Below are positions 28,107 to 37,769 of a stretch of DNA of 64,000 nucleotides, piece after piece. The notes under the pieces are model-generated. The model was not told the DNA's origin and ran no database searches. It saw nothing but the letters and a program-made list of their open reading frames with translations. The stretch's first letter is position 1. Every line of letters starts with the position of its first letter. This DNA is from a bacterium (GTDB lineage Bacteria > Patescibacteriota > Minisyncoccia > UBA6257 > GWB1-50-10), in assembly GCA_021801565.1 (NCBI GenBank), contig JAJYXV010000015.1, positions 91,168 through 155,167 on the forward strand, written 5' to 3'. Made by a program: the position numbers and the translations under genes.

Positions 28107-28544
28107 TTATTCATAAGAATGACTATCTTCCTCTTCTAATTGTTCTTCGTAGGCGTCCTGTTCTTTTACTATTCCGTAAAATATAAGAATGATGCCAAGG
28201 ATAAGATAGAAAAGAAAAAGAAGAATTGCGAGAATTCCATTATCGGGTTTTGCGGCAACCCCAACAATAGCAAGAATTATATATACAACGGAAGTTATTA
28301 CAAATATCATTCCCATAAAAAACAAATATTCACCAAGGAACTCTAATCCGGGAATATCCTCAATAGAACTTTCGAGAATTTTCAAGCCGATGCCGAGAAG
28401 CATAACAGCAATAACACCCTCGATGAATGTAATCCATGGGGAATTAAACCCTATTACTTTTGTATGGTTTAGCCATGCAAAAATGATCAGATATGACGAG
28501 AAAATGTATCCAAATAGTCGAATAATAGTCCGTTTCATAAACAC
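28107..28544 (-). CDS. Hypothetical four-TM membrane protein with an acidic C-terminus.
   Basis: 145 aa. Hydrophobic helices and EEQLEEEDSHSYE tail. Confidence 0.4.
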   Translation of the reverse strand: MFMKRTIIRLFGYIFSSYLIIFAWLNHTKVIGFNSPWITFIEGVIAVMLLGIGLKILESSIEDIPGLEFLGEYLFFMGMIFVITSVVYIILAIVGVAAKPDNGILAILLFLFYLILGIILIFYGIVKEQDAYEEQLEEEDSHSYE

Positions 28545-28679
28545 CTCTTTTATTGTAATGAACTGCTTCTTTTTTTATACACCCATGAAAAAATTGCGTC
28601 AATTTTGACAGAGAGGATATACGGGAATATTATAATCTCAGTTTATTTGCTTACTAATAAAAAAGAATAAGAGGAAAAA

Positions 28680-28976
28680 ATGGACTCGGAGAATTCTACT
28701 GGTATAACGCTTTGTATGGATTGTGGGGTGGTTCCATCCGGGGTGCGTCATGACAAAAATCTTGTTCCGCCTTGCACGGTGGTATATGTTTGTAATAATT
28801 GTCTTGAAGAAAGAAGAAATTATTTCATTCAAAATAAAAAACCAAAAATTACAGGTCGGGAAATTGAACTCTGTGTTAGTTGTGGAAATGAAACGGAATA
28901 TACCTATGATACTGACATTAGCCTTCGGGAAAATTATATTGATGGGGTTGGTCAACATTGTGGAAAATGTGGTTAA
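28680..28976 (+). CDS. Double zinc-ribbon protein (four CxxC motifs).
   Basis: CMDCG, CNNC, CVSCG, CGKCG. RBS AAGAGGA. Followed by a terminator at 28978-29006. Confidence 0.5.
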   Translation: MDSENSTGITLCMDCGVVPSGVRHDKNLVPPCTVVYVCNNCLEERRNYFIQNKKPKITGREIELCVSCGNETEYTYDTDISLRENYIDGVGQHCGKCG

Positions 28977-28977
28977 A

Positions 28978-29006
28978 AATAAAATCCGCCAAAGCAGCGG
29001 ATTTTT
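28978..29006 (+). terminator. Rho-independent terminator.
   Basis: AAATCCGC-CAAAGCA-GCGGATTT followed by TTTTTT. Confidence 0.6.
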
Positions 29007-29094
29007 TGTAAGCCCTATTAGAAATTAGTCAAAACTAACCACGGCTCGTATAAGCAGAGACAACTCTAGGTTACAAGAAAAAACTTTAATACAG

Positions 29095-29411
29095 TGGAGG
29101 TGGAGAGATTGAACCCTCTTCCAAAAATTTATTCACACATATTCTACAAGCTTAGTTTTGAACGAAAGTTCAGAACAATGATGCCTTGCGTTATTTAACT
29201 CCGAGCGGAGCAAAGCAAATCCGTATTCAGAGCGGTTCTCATAATAACACCGGTGATCCTCTATGAGACATGAAGGGCCGATGCCGCGCTACGCGTAAGC
29301 GAGTGCGGGGACTGCGTTAAAATTGGCAGTTATAATTTGTTGAACAGTTGTCGAGATATTCAGCTCGGCCTGCTATGTATAAATATAATCTCTGTCGATA
29401 CGTGCACCCCC
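29095..29411 (-). ncRNA. ssrA: tmRNA (SsrA), adjacent to smpB. The tag reading frame is read by hand as A-NFNAVPALAYA.
   Basis: Minus strand 5' GGGGGUG..GUAUCGAC (tRNA-like D region). 3' GAGGGUUCAAUCUCUC-CACCUCC-A, a T arm plus an acceptor strand complementary to the 5' GGGGGUG. Internal ORF GCC AAT TTT AAC GCA GTC CCC GCA CTC GCT TAC GCG TAG at 29289-29327. Confidence 0.65.
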
Positions 29412-29471
29412 ATAATTAACACACAATGCATAACTATTAATTTTTAAAATAACTTTCGGTTTTTGTTGGCC

Positions 29472-29909
29472 TCACACATTCCTTCGTATTTCGCGCTCGG
29501 TTTCCCTTTTTTTGATTACTTCACGTTTATCATATTTTTTTTTGCTTCGTCCGAGCCCCAACTCAATCTTTATCTTTGCGTTCTTGTTATATATCTTTAT
29601 AGGCACAACAGTCAATCCTTTTTCTTTTGTACGTCCGACAAGATGCCGAATTTCTTTTTTATGAAGCAAGAGTTTCCGTGTTCGTTTTGAATCGTATCCC
29701 TCTGGTGTGTTTTGTGGCTGATATGGCGGAATATCGAGATTTACTATCCACATTTCGTTATTTCTTATGATTGCATAACTTCCGGTTGTATTCACGCGCC
29801 CACTCGCAATTGATTTTACTTCAAATCCTCTCAATTCAATACCAGCCTCAAATGTTTCGAGTATTTCATAATCAAACGCAGCCCTTTTGTTCATTGAAAA
29901 TGTTTTCAT
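29472..29909 (-). CDS. smpB: SsrA-binding protein SmpB.
   Basis: 145 aa. N-terminus FDYEILETFEAGIEL..GSYAI and basic C-tail, as in SmpB. Confidence 0.9.
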   Translation of the reverse strand: MKTFSMNKRAAFDYEILETFEAGIELRGFEVKSIASGRVNTTGSYAIIRNNEMWIVNLDIPPYQPQNTPEGYDSKRTRKLLLHKKEIRHLVGRTKEKGLTVVPIKIYNKNAKIKIELGLGRSKKKYDKREVIKKRETEREIRRNV

Positions 29910-29991
29910 CTAATATGTTTACGGTAACATAAAAATACGGAATATAAAGATTTGCCGAAGAATTTTTTTATTGTACAGTTAACATATAGAG

Positions 29992-31599
29992 ATGATAAAA
30001 GAGGAGATATTTGAATTAGTAAAAAATATAATTCCAGCCGGTACCCCGTTTGATGTGGAATTTCAAGAAGAAGGGAAGTTTGGCCACTATTCAACAAGTG
30101 TGGCATTTGCGCTTGCAAAAAAAGAAAAAAAATCTCCTGAGATTGTTGCAAAAGAAATTATTGAAACACTTCAAAAAAATGAACTATTTGAGAAGATTGA
30201 AATTGCCGCGGGGGGATTTATTAATTTTTGGGTTTCAAAAAAGACGTTATATGAAGAATTGAAAGACATATTGGAAAGAAAAAATACATATGGACAGAAT
30301 GAAAAAGGGAGGGAGAAGAAAATAAGAATTGAATATGTTTCAGCAAACCCAACGGGCCCGATTCATATTGGAAATGCTCGCGGAGGTCCTTACGGAGAAA
30401 GTCTTGCACGTGTGTACGAAGAAAGTGGGTATGAAGTGCTCCGCGAATATCTCCATAATGATGTGGGGGGACAAATTGAAAAATTAGGCGAAACACTGTG
30501 GTATTGGTATGAAAAAAAAGTTGGAAGAGAAACAGCGTTTCCGGAGGGTGGATATCAGGGAGAATACCTTGAAGAGGTAGTAACTGCGGCACTTAAAAAA
30601 TTTAAAAATAAAGAGGATATCACCATTCAAACACTTACAAAGTTTGGGCTTGATTATATATTCGAGAACAACATGAACGTTTTAAGAAGAATGGGAATTC
30701 TTTTTGATCTCATTCGAAAGGAGAGTGAACTTATTTCTTCCGGAAAGACACAAGAAGCGATCGATGTCACAAAGAGAATGGGTGCCACAAAAGAGCACGA
30801 AGGGGCGCTATGGTTCGTTCCCAGAGATGAATTTCTAGAGGATAGAGAAGCGGTTATTGTAAAAAGCAATGGAAAACCAACATATTTTGCCTCTGATATT
30901 GCATATCATAAGGAAAAATTTGAGTCAGGATATGATCTAGTGATTGATATATTCGGGAGTAATCACCACGGGCACGTGCCGAAACTTCAGGCGCTTACAA
31001 AATTGTTTCACTTTGATTCAGATGCATTTAAAGTACTCCTTTATCAATTTGTGCGGGTAAAGCGGGGAAGTGAGGTAATAAAAATGTCAAAACGTGCGGG
31101 GACATACGTGACTGCAGAGGAGCTTCTTGATGAAGTAGGAAAAGATAATATGATATTTTCCCTTCTTTCGAGTGCACCAACAACACACATTGATTTTGAT
31201 CTAGATGCAGTAAAGCAAAAATCAATGCAGAACCCCGTATATTATACGCAGTATGCATATGTGCGAGCAAAAAGCATTGGTGCGAAGACCGGGGTATTTG
31301 TATTGAATTCGGATACCAATCTTGAATTTCTCAGCACAGACGAAGATTTATTTCTTATAAGAAAACTAGCGCAATTTCCTGATATAATCGACGCATGCGT
31401 AAATGATTTTGAAGTACATCGACTCACGCGGTATGCGACTGAGCTGGCCCGGGCGTTTCATAATTTTTATGAAAAAGAACGCGTAATTGGGGAGGATGAA
31501 AAAGTGTTTCAAGCGAGAATTTTTCTTATTGAGGCGGTAAAAATAGTGTTTGAAAATCTCTTTAGAATTATTGGTATTAGTACTCCTGAAAGTATGTAA
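29992..31599 (+). CDS. argS: Arginine--tRNA ligase.
   Basis: HIGH-type motif PTGPIHIGNARG. KMSK(R) motif KMSKRAG. ArgS anticodon-binding C-terminus. Confidence 0.9.
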   Translation: MIKEEIFELVKNIIPAGTPFDVEFQEEGKFGHYSTSVAFALAKKEKKSPEIVAKEIIETLQKNELFEKIEIAAGGFINFWVSKKTLYEELKDILERKNTYGQNEKGREKKIRIEYVSANPTGPIHIGNARGGPYGESLARVYEESGYEVLREYLHNDVGGQIEKLGETLWYWYEKKVGRETAFPEGGYQGEYLEEVVTAALKKFKNKEDITIQTLTKFGLDYIFENNMNVLRRMGILFDLIRKESELISSGKTQEAIDVTKRMGATKEHEGALWFVPRDEFLEDREAVIVKSNGKPTYFASDIAYHKEKFESGYDLVIDIFGSNHHGHVPKLQALTKLFHFDSDAFKVLLYQFVRVKRGSEVIKMSKRAGTYVTAEELLDEVGKDNMIFSLLSSAPTTHIDFDLDAVKQKSMQNPVYYTQYAYVRAKSIGAKTGVFVLNSDTNLEFLSTDEDLFLIRKLAQFPDIIDACVNDFEVHRLTRYATELARAFHNFYEKERVIGEDEKVFQARIFLIEAVKIVFENLFRIIGISTPESM

Positions 31600-31629
31600 A
31601 AAATTTCCACATTAATGTGGAAATTTTTT
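31598..31629. terminator. Bidirectional terminator between argS and the convergent secreted-protein gene.
   Basis: AAAATTTCCACAT-TAA-TGTGGAAATTTTTT perfect hairpin. Confidence 0.6.
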
Positions 31630-31652
31630 ATAGCCTCCTAGTTTCTCAGTAT

Positions 31653-32057
31653 TCATGGAGTTATCGCTGGTGGTGCACGTCGCGCGCCCTTTTTCTTCAT
31701 TTCTCCATTTGGTGTGCCGGACTGTTCTTTATCATTTGTTATTTTTACTTTTTTAAGTGTAGCATTCACTTTATTTGTTTTCTTTTGCTTCGTTGTTTTT
31801 GCAAAAGGAATTGTTTTTTTAGTTCCCAGAGTAGTAGTTGTACTCTTTTTTCCCTTCTTTATTTTTTTTAATGTACTGTTTGTGTTTAGCGTTTTTTCTG
31901 CCGTCGCATTTATTTTTTCCAGTTTTATATTCGTTTCAGTTGGATCTCCTTGAGATGCATATGCGGGTGCAGAGAGCGTGACAAGACTTGCGGTAACAAA
32001 CGATATTCCTATTCCTAGCGCGATTTTATTTTTCATACATTCAGTTCTGTTTCTCAT
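31653..32057 (-). CDS. Secreted Lys/Thr-rich low-complexity protein (probable true start at MKNKIALG, signal peptide ..APAYA).
   Basis: Signal peptide followed by a K/T/N-rich repetitive sequence. Confidence 0.45.
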   Translation of the reverse strand: MRNRTECMKNKIALGIGISFVTASLVTLSAPAYASQGDPTETNIKLEKINATAEKTLNTNSTLKKIKKGKKSTTTTLGTKKTIPFAKTTKQKKTNKVNATLKKVKITNDKEQSGTPNGEMKKKGARRAPPAITP

Positions 32058-32106
32058 CGACCTTTCATTCTATGGTACGTGCCAAAATCTTATTTTCTTT
32101 CACCTA

Positions 32107-32817
32107 TTATTTCCTCATTCTTTGTGCTTTTTCTTTCCAATCGTTTATTTCTTCGGCGGAGAATGTACTATCTTCGTTTTTTGTGCCAAATATCTTTATT
32201 TTTCTATTCATTGTATCTGTTGCGACACCATTCCAAATAGTGCCTGACGTATATACCTCCCACACCCCCCCATTCCAGTCAGTGAGTTCAAATTTTCCTT
32301 CGTCTCTCTTTGTGATTTTTCCTGAAATGAGACCCCTTTCTGGATGAGACCAGATATCTTTTTTGTCGTATATAAAATCTTCATAAAAAGGGATGTTATT
32401 TGATGCAAGTTCATGAACTGTTTCTCCTACCCCTAAAAAATGTCCGATTCCTCCCAATGCAACACTCAGTAATATTGCACCCCCGATTATAAAATGCGGC
32501 ATATACCGATAACCTGTTTTTGTATTTTTGAATTCAATGTATATAACAAGAGAGAGAATAATAAGGAGAATAATCCAAAAATAAGGGAGACTTATTATTA
32601 AAAATTCAAAAAATGTTTTTCCCACCATTTCATACATTTCCCAGTCATGATCGGTAAGCGAAAAAAATATGACTCCCGATGCGGCACCGCCGATAAGCAC
32701 GGTACTTCCAAGAAGAACCCATAATCCGATATGTTCAACAACAAAAAGCCATTTTGGTTTTTTTGTTATCTCCCCGCTTTTTATTTTTTCGATGATATTT
32801 TTATCTATATCGTTCAT
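32107..32817 (-). CDS. Membrane protein, possible anti-sigma factor, translationally coupled to the upstream ECF sigma gene.
   Basis: Its start overlaps the sigma-gene stop by 4 nt. Multiple TM helices. Confidence 0.35.
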   Translation of the reverse strand: MNDIDKNIIEKIKSGEITKKPKWLFVVEHIGLWVLLGSTVLIGGAASGVIFFSLTDHDWEMYEMVGKTFFEFLIISLPYFWIILLIILSLVIYIEFKNTKTGYRYMPHFIIGGAILLSVALGGIGHFLGVGETVHELASNNIPFYEDFIYDKKDIWSHPERGLISGKITKRDEGKFELTDWNGGVWEVYTSGTIWNGVATDTMNRKIKIFGTKNEDSTFSAEEINDWKEKAQRMRK

Positions 32818-33434
32818 AGTTCTGTGTGTATGCTTTTTTCTACGACTATATTTTTAAATTTTTCTTTTGCTCGTTTAATAAGCACAGAAATCGTTCCAAT
32901 GGGCTTTTGGAGAATATCAGATATTTCTTCATAATCCCTTTCTTCTAAAAATCTTAATACTAGTACATCGCGATATTTTTTGTCGAGCGCGCCAAGTGCT
33001 TCCATGATATGTTCGTGTATTATTTTTTTATCAAGTTCTTTTTCTATATCGGTATCTGCAGCAATCTTTTCTGCGAGTGTTCCCTCTTCGTTTTCTTCTT
33101 GGTATGTAAATGACGAAAATGGAATTGTTTTTACTTTTCGTAGATAACTTATGGTTTCATTGTGCGCAATGCGGTATATCCATGAAGAAAATTTTAAAGA
33201 AGTATCGAAATCATTTAAATTTTTATATGCCTTGATAAATGTTTCTTGGAGTATTTCTTCCATGTCTTCATTGGAAAGAGAGCTAATTCTTTTTATATAT
33301 CGCGCGAGCTTTTGCTTATATCGATCAATAAGAAGTGCATACACATCGTCGCGTTTCAACGTTTCGAGAACAAGATCCTCATCCGCCTTTCCTTTATATA
33401 TTTCCGCATTCACTATTTTATGTAATACGTCCAT
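32814..33434 (-). CDS. ECF-type RNA polymerase sigma factor.
   Basis: Region 2 LQETFIKAYKNLNDFD..FSSWIYRIAHNETISYLRK. Region 4 ISDILQKPIGTISVLIKRAKEKF. Confidence 0.8.
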   Translation of the reverse strand: MDVLHKIVNAEIYKGKADEDLVLETLKRDDVYALLIDRYKQKLARYIKRISSLSNEDMEEILQETFIKAYKNLNDFDTSLKFSSWIYRIAHNETISYLRKVKTIPFSSFTYQEENEEGTLAEKIAADTDIEKELDKKIIHEHIMEALGALDKKYRDVLVLRFLEERDYEEISDILQKPIGTISVLIKRAKEKFKNIVVEKSIHTEL

Positions 33435-33538
33435 ATGCCACTATTTCTTTCGGTTTTATATATGCATTATTATACAAATACAGTAATAGTCCATATAAAT
33501 TTTGTAAAAATCCGTTTTTTTGTTTAAAATTGATAAAT

Positions 33539-36500
33539 ATGCTGAGACGAACAGATAAATTTTTACTTCCCGATATTGAGGAAAAAGTTCTTGATTTTTG
33601 GGATAAACATGATGTTTTTGCCCGTTCACTTACAAAAAATAAAGGAAAAAAATTCATTTTTTACGAAGGACCTCCGACCGCGAACGGAAAACCAGGAATT
33701 CATCATATACTTTCGCGTTCTTTTAAAGACGTGATATTGCGCTATAAAACAATGCGTGGATATGTCGTTCCAAGAAAGGGGGGGTGGGATGTTCATGGGT
33801 TGCCTGTCGAGCTCGAGGTGGAAAAACAACTTGGTTTTTCTTCGAAGAAAGAAATTGAAAAGTTTGGTATTGCTGAATTCAATCAGAAATGTAAAGAATC
33901 GGTTTGGAAATATAAAGATGAGTGGGAAAAGATTACTAGGCGAATGGGATTTTGGCTTGATCTGAAAAATCCATACATTCCATATCAGAATTCATATATA
34001 GAGACCTTGTGGTGGATTTTAAAATCAATTGGAGAAAAAAAATTACTTTACCAAGGACACAAAATTGTTCCATGGTGTGCGCGGTGTGGCACGGGGCTTT
34101 CTTCACATGAGTTGGCACTTGGTTATCGTGAGGTGGAAGAAAATTCTGTGTATATAAAATTTCATCTCTTGCCAAACCAAAAGTTCGGAAAATCGGGGAA
34201 ATATAAAACAAAAGAAAATGCCTATATATTATCTTGGACCACGACTCCTTGGACACTTCCTGGAAATGTCGCTCTTGCAGTCGGAAAAAATATAACCTAT
34301 GTAGGCGTGCGAATTGATGGTGAAAAAGATCTTTTTATTCTTGGTGAAGACACGGTAGATAAGGTTCTTGCTGGACATGCTATAGAAAAAGTTCACACTC
34401 TCACAGGAAGCGATCTTATTGGTCTAGAATATAAACCACTTTTTAATGTTTCTACGATAAAAAAAATAGATAAGAAAGAAAAGGCATATAAAGTTTACTC
34501 CGCGGATTTTGTAACCACCACAGACGGAACCGGCGTAGTGCACACCGCTGTTATGTATGGAGAAGATGATTATGTTTTGGGGAAACAAATCGGATTGCCG
34601 GAATATCACACAGTGAATGAACAGGGAAAGTTTGTTGAGGGGATTGAGGAACTTTCCGGATTATCTGCGAAAGACACGAAAACAGATGACAAAATATTTG
34701 AATTGTTAAAAAAGAAAAAATTTTTCCTTCGAACGGAGAAATATAAACACGAATATCCGTTTTGCTGGCGTTGTGATTCTCCGCTTCTCTACTATGCAAG
34801 AAGTTCGTGGTTTATTGCAATGAGTAAATTGAGAGATGTGCTTATTGCGGAGAATAAAAAAATAAATTGGGTTCCTGGACACTTGAGAGATGGAAGGTTT
34901 GGAGAATGGATACGTGAGGCGAAAGATTGGGCTATATCACGTGAGCGATACTGGGGCACACCACTTCCGGTCTGGAAATGTAGTTCTTGTGGATCAGAAA
35001 AAATCGTGGGAAGTATAGATGAATTCAAGGAGGCACTTGGAGGCGGAACAAACCGTTATGTTTTTATGCGGCACGGTCAGGCAGAGAACAACACAAAACA
35101 TTTGCTGAATTGTTGGCCCGAACCAGTAAAATTATCCCTTACCCTTCAAGGAAGAACACAGGTTGAAAAAACTGCACGTACGTTGAGAAAAGAAAAAATA
35201 GATATGATTTTTGCCTCAGACATAACACGAACGAAACAAACCGCGGAGATAGTAAAAGAAGTTATTGGATTTAAAGATAAAATTATGTTTGATGCGCGGC
35301 TCCGGGAGTTTGATTTTGGCGATTTTAACGGGAAAAAATATGAATTGTATCAGCCATATTATAGTTCTCGTTTGGAGAAATTCACGAAGCGGACGCCAAA
35401 TGGAGAAAATCATACCGACCTAAGAAGGCGTTTGTTTGAATTTCTTGTCGAAATAGAGAAGAAATACAAAAACAAAACAATTCTTGTAGTAACTCACGAT
35501 GGACCAGTCTATATGCTCCACTCAATTATAAATGGATGGTCGACAGAGGACCAATTGATTGAAAAAGAAAAAAGAGGGTATGACTATATTAAAAACGGAG
35601 GGATCGAAAGAGGAATTATGAAAAATGTTCCGCGTGATACCACGGGATCATTTGACCTTCATCGTCCGTTTATTGATGAGTTTCAATTCATTTGTAAAAA
35701 ATGCAAGGGAATAATGAAACGAGTTCCTGAGGTGGTTGATGTGTGGTTTGATTCTGGGGCAATGCCATTTGCACAATCACACTATCCATTTGAAGGGAAA
35801 AATAAACTTGCATATCCGGCCGATTATATTTCTGAAGGAATCGATCAAACACGCGGATGGTTTTATACACTCCTTGCGGTTGGGGTGCTTACGGGAAAAG
35901 GAACTCCGTTCAAAAATGTTATTTCTTCTGGTCTCATTCTTGATAAAAACGGACAAAAGATGTCGAAATCAAAAGGAAACATCGTTAATCCGTGGGATAT
36001 AATAAAGAAACACGGAATAGATGTGGCACGGTGGTATTTTTATACCACGAATCCACCAGGAGAATCAAAACGCTTCGACGAAATGGAACTCGGGAAAATA
36101 TCGCGCCAGCTTTTTCTACTCCTTTATAATTCATTTGTATTTTTTGATTTATACGGTGCAAAAATAAAAAACAAAACACTTCCTACCTCTCTTCCGCTTC
36201 TTGATAGGTGGATATTGGGAAGACTTACAGAGACAATCGAAAAAGTAACAAAGGGATTTGAAACATATGATATTGGAAGCGCGGGAAAGGCGATTGAATT
36301 GCTTGTTGACGATCTTTCGAGATGGTATATTCGTCGCTCAAGAAAGAGATTTCAAAAACCAGAAAACAAGAAAGATTATGAAACAGCAACCCGTGTTCTA
36401 GGGTTTGTACTTACTGAAATAAGCAAACTTATGGCGCCCTTCACTCCATTTTTTGCGGAGGCATTGTATCAATCACTTATTGGTAAAAAACTTTCTGTGC

Positions 36501-37054
36501 ATTTGGATGAGTGGCCAACCGCGAATAAAAAATTTATTGATAAAGATATGTTTACTCGCATGAACGAGGTGCGTACTATAGCAAGTCTTGCTCTTGCAAA
36601 ACGTGCAGAATTGGGAATTAAAGTACGTCAACCGCTTGCGTCAATTACGTTACCCGCAAAAACATCAGTGTTGAAAGGAGAGCATACGTATCTTGATATT
36701 TTGAAAGATGAGATAAATGTGAAAAATGTAATTTTCTCTAGCCAAACAAAAGAGCAGATGACGCTAGACACAGTAATTACACACGAATTAAAAGAAGAGG
36801 GATGGTTGAGAGAGCTTACGCGGGCTATCCAGGATTTGCGCCAGGATGCAAAACTACAACCGAAGGATATAATTGAGTTGTATATTGAAACATCGGAAGA
36901 ACTCAATTTTGTAGTAACAAAATGGAATAATGAACTGAAAAAATCGGTGAATGCAAAAAATATTCTGTTTTCTAAGCCGAAGGTATTTCATGCAGAAATA
37001 GAAACAAAAATTGATGAATGGCCGATAAAGTTTGCTATAAAGAAAAATAAATAA
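33539..37054 (+). CDS. ileS: Isoleucine--tRNA ligase (type 2) carrying a complete histidine-phosphatase (His_Phos_1/PGM-family) domain of about 200 aa inserted at about nt 35030-35660.
   Basis: HIGH region PTANGKPGIHH. Editing domain WTTTPWTLPGN. KMSKSKGN. Flanks of the insert are canonical IleS (..RERYWGTPLPVWKCSSCGS.. and ..DLHRPFIDEF..KCKGIMKRVPEVVDVWFDSGAMPF). The insert has RHG (VFMRHGQAENN), R (SDITRTKQTA), E (LREFDFGDFNG) and H (VVTHDGPVY). Confidence 0.85.
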   Translation: MLRRTDKFLLPDIEEKVLDFWDKHDVFARSLTKNKGKKFIFYEGPPTANGKPGIHHILSRSFKDVILRYKTMRGYVVPRKGGWDVHGLPVELEVEKQLGFSSKKEIEKFGIAEFNQKCKESVWKYKDEWEKITRRMGFWLDLKNPYIPYQNSYIETLWWILKSIGEKKLLYQGHKIVPWCARCGTGLSSHELALGYREVEENSVYIKFHLLPNQKFGKSGKYKTKENAYILSWTTTPWTLPGNVALAVGKNITYVGVRIDGEKDLFILGEDTVDKVLAGHAIEKVHTLTGSDLIGLEYKPLFNVSTIKKIDKKEKAYKVYSADFVTTTDGTGVVHTAVMYGEDDYVLGKQIGLPEYHTVNEQGKFVEGIEELSGLSAKDTKTDDKIFELLKKKKFFLRTEKYKHEYPFCWRCDSPLLYYARSSWFIAMSKLRDVLIAENKKINWVPGHLRDGRFGEWIREAKDWAISRERYWGTPLPVWKCSSCGSEKIVGSIDEFKEALGGGTNRYVFMRHGQAENNTKHLLNCWPEPVKLSLTLQGRTQVEKTARTLRKEKIDMIFASDITRTKQTAEIVKEVIGFKDKIMFDARLREFDFGDFNGKKYELYQPYYSSRLEKFTKRTPNGENHTDLRRRLFEFLVEIEKKYKNKTILVVTHDGPVYMLHSIINGWSTEDQLIEKEKRGYDYIKNGGIERGIMKNVPRDTTGSFDLHRPFIDEFQFICKKCKGIMKRVPEVVDVWFDSGAMPFAQSHYPFEGKNKLAYPADYISEGIDQTRGWFYTLLAVGVLTGKGTPFKNVISSGLILDKNGQKMSKSKGNIVNPWDIIKKHGIDVARWYFYTTNPPGESKRFDEMELGKISRQLFLLLYNSFVFFDLYGAKIKNKTLPTSLPLLDRWILGRLTETIEKVTKGFETYDIGSAGKAIELLVDDLSRWYIRRSRKRFQKPENKKDYETATRVLGFVLTEISKLMAPFTPFFAEALYQSLIGKKLSVHLDEWPTANKKFIDKDMFTRMNEVRTIASLALAKRAELGIKVRQPLASITLPAKTSVLKGEHTYLDILKDEINVKNVIFSSQTKEQMTLDTVITHELKEEGWLRELTRAIQDLRQDAKLQPKDIIELYIETSEELNFVVTKWNNELKKSVNAKNILFSKPKVFHAEIETKIDEWPIKFAIKKNK

Positions 37055-37062
37055 TATAAATT

Positions 37063-37716
37063 ATGTTTTTAGAGTCACCAATAACCGATGGAAAAAAATT
37101 AGATATAAACGAATTACGAGGGATCATAACAGAAATAGATAAAGAAGAAAGAGAAAATGCGGGAGAAAAAAAATTTTCAGCCGAAATGACAAAACGCGCG
37201 TTCGAGGCATTATGTGATGCATTTAAATCAGTGGGAGCGGAGGAGTTTGGGAATATTCAAGAGTTGTACAATAAAATTCCAAATAAGACGCTTGTGAGGC
37301 GTGAGGACCCAAAGAAACTATTCGATCTTATTGCAGATAAAAAAGATATTAACCTCAATTTTGATCAAGAAATTGTTGGAGAAAAAGGTGATGCATATGC
37401 AAATTGTGCAGAGTATATGGGTGGCAAGGGTTTGGTGAATGCATTTAATGAAGGGTGGAGCCATTTAGGTGGTGTTACTACGGTTATGGGTTTTGGGAAT
37501 GGTGATGATTATACAGTAGAAATTCCAGAAGATTCCATGGTAAAAATTGGAGATTTAGACAGACAATGCGTAAGAATCGTGAAGGGGACAATACATGACA
37601 AAAACGTAAAATTTGTCGTGATACGCGCCCCACAAAAATTTATCGACCCAGTTTCGACGGATTTAGAGAAAAAGAAATTTGTGTTCCGCGGGTATCTGTT
37701 TAACAACATAAACTAG
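37063..37716 (+). CDS. Hypothetical protein.
   Basis: 217-aa ORF with no recognisable motif. Confidence 0.4.
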   Translation: MFLESPITDGKKLDINELRGIITEIDKEERENAGEKKFSAEMTKRAFEALCDAFKSVGAEEFGNIQELYNKIPNKTLVRREDPKKLFDLIADKKDINLNFDQEIVGEKGDAYANCAEYMGGKGLVNAFNEGWSHLGGVTTVMGFGNGDDYTVEIPEDSMVKIGDLDRQCVRIVKGTIHDKNVKFVVIRAPQKFIDPVSTDLEKKKFVFRGYLFNNIN

Positions 37717-37769
37717 AACATAAAGAGCAAAACACAGAAAAAGGCGTCATAATAATGACGCCTCTATTT

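Noticed and set aside
29090-29130. GGAGAGATTGAACCCTCTTCC read on the plus strand as a tRNA T arm.
   Set aside because: It makes sense only as the reverse complement, where it forms the T arm and acceptor 3' strand of the minus-strand tmRNA adjacent to smpB.
31653-32057. The repetitive K/T-rich sequence as a CRISPR or other tandem repeat array.
   Set aside because: It is a continuous ORF with a signal peptide. The repetitiveness is amino-acid low complexity, not spaced DNA direct repeats. No CRISPR array or cas gene is present anywhere in the window.
33335-33538. N-terminal extension of the ileS ORF.
   Set aside because: It overlaps the convergent ECF sigma gene and has no IleS homology. The conserved IleS N-terminus (MLRRTDKFLLPDIEEKVLDFW) starts at 33539.
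35027-35660. Intein as an explanation for the ileS insertion.
   Set aside because: The insert carries histidine-phosphatase motifs (RHG..R..E..H), not Hint-domain blocks, and lacks the Cys/Ser N-junction and His-Asn C-junction pattern of inteins.
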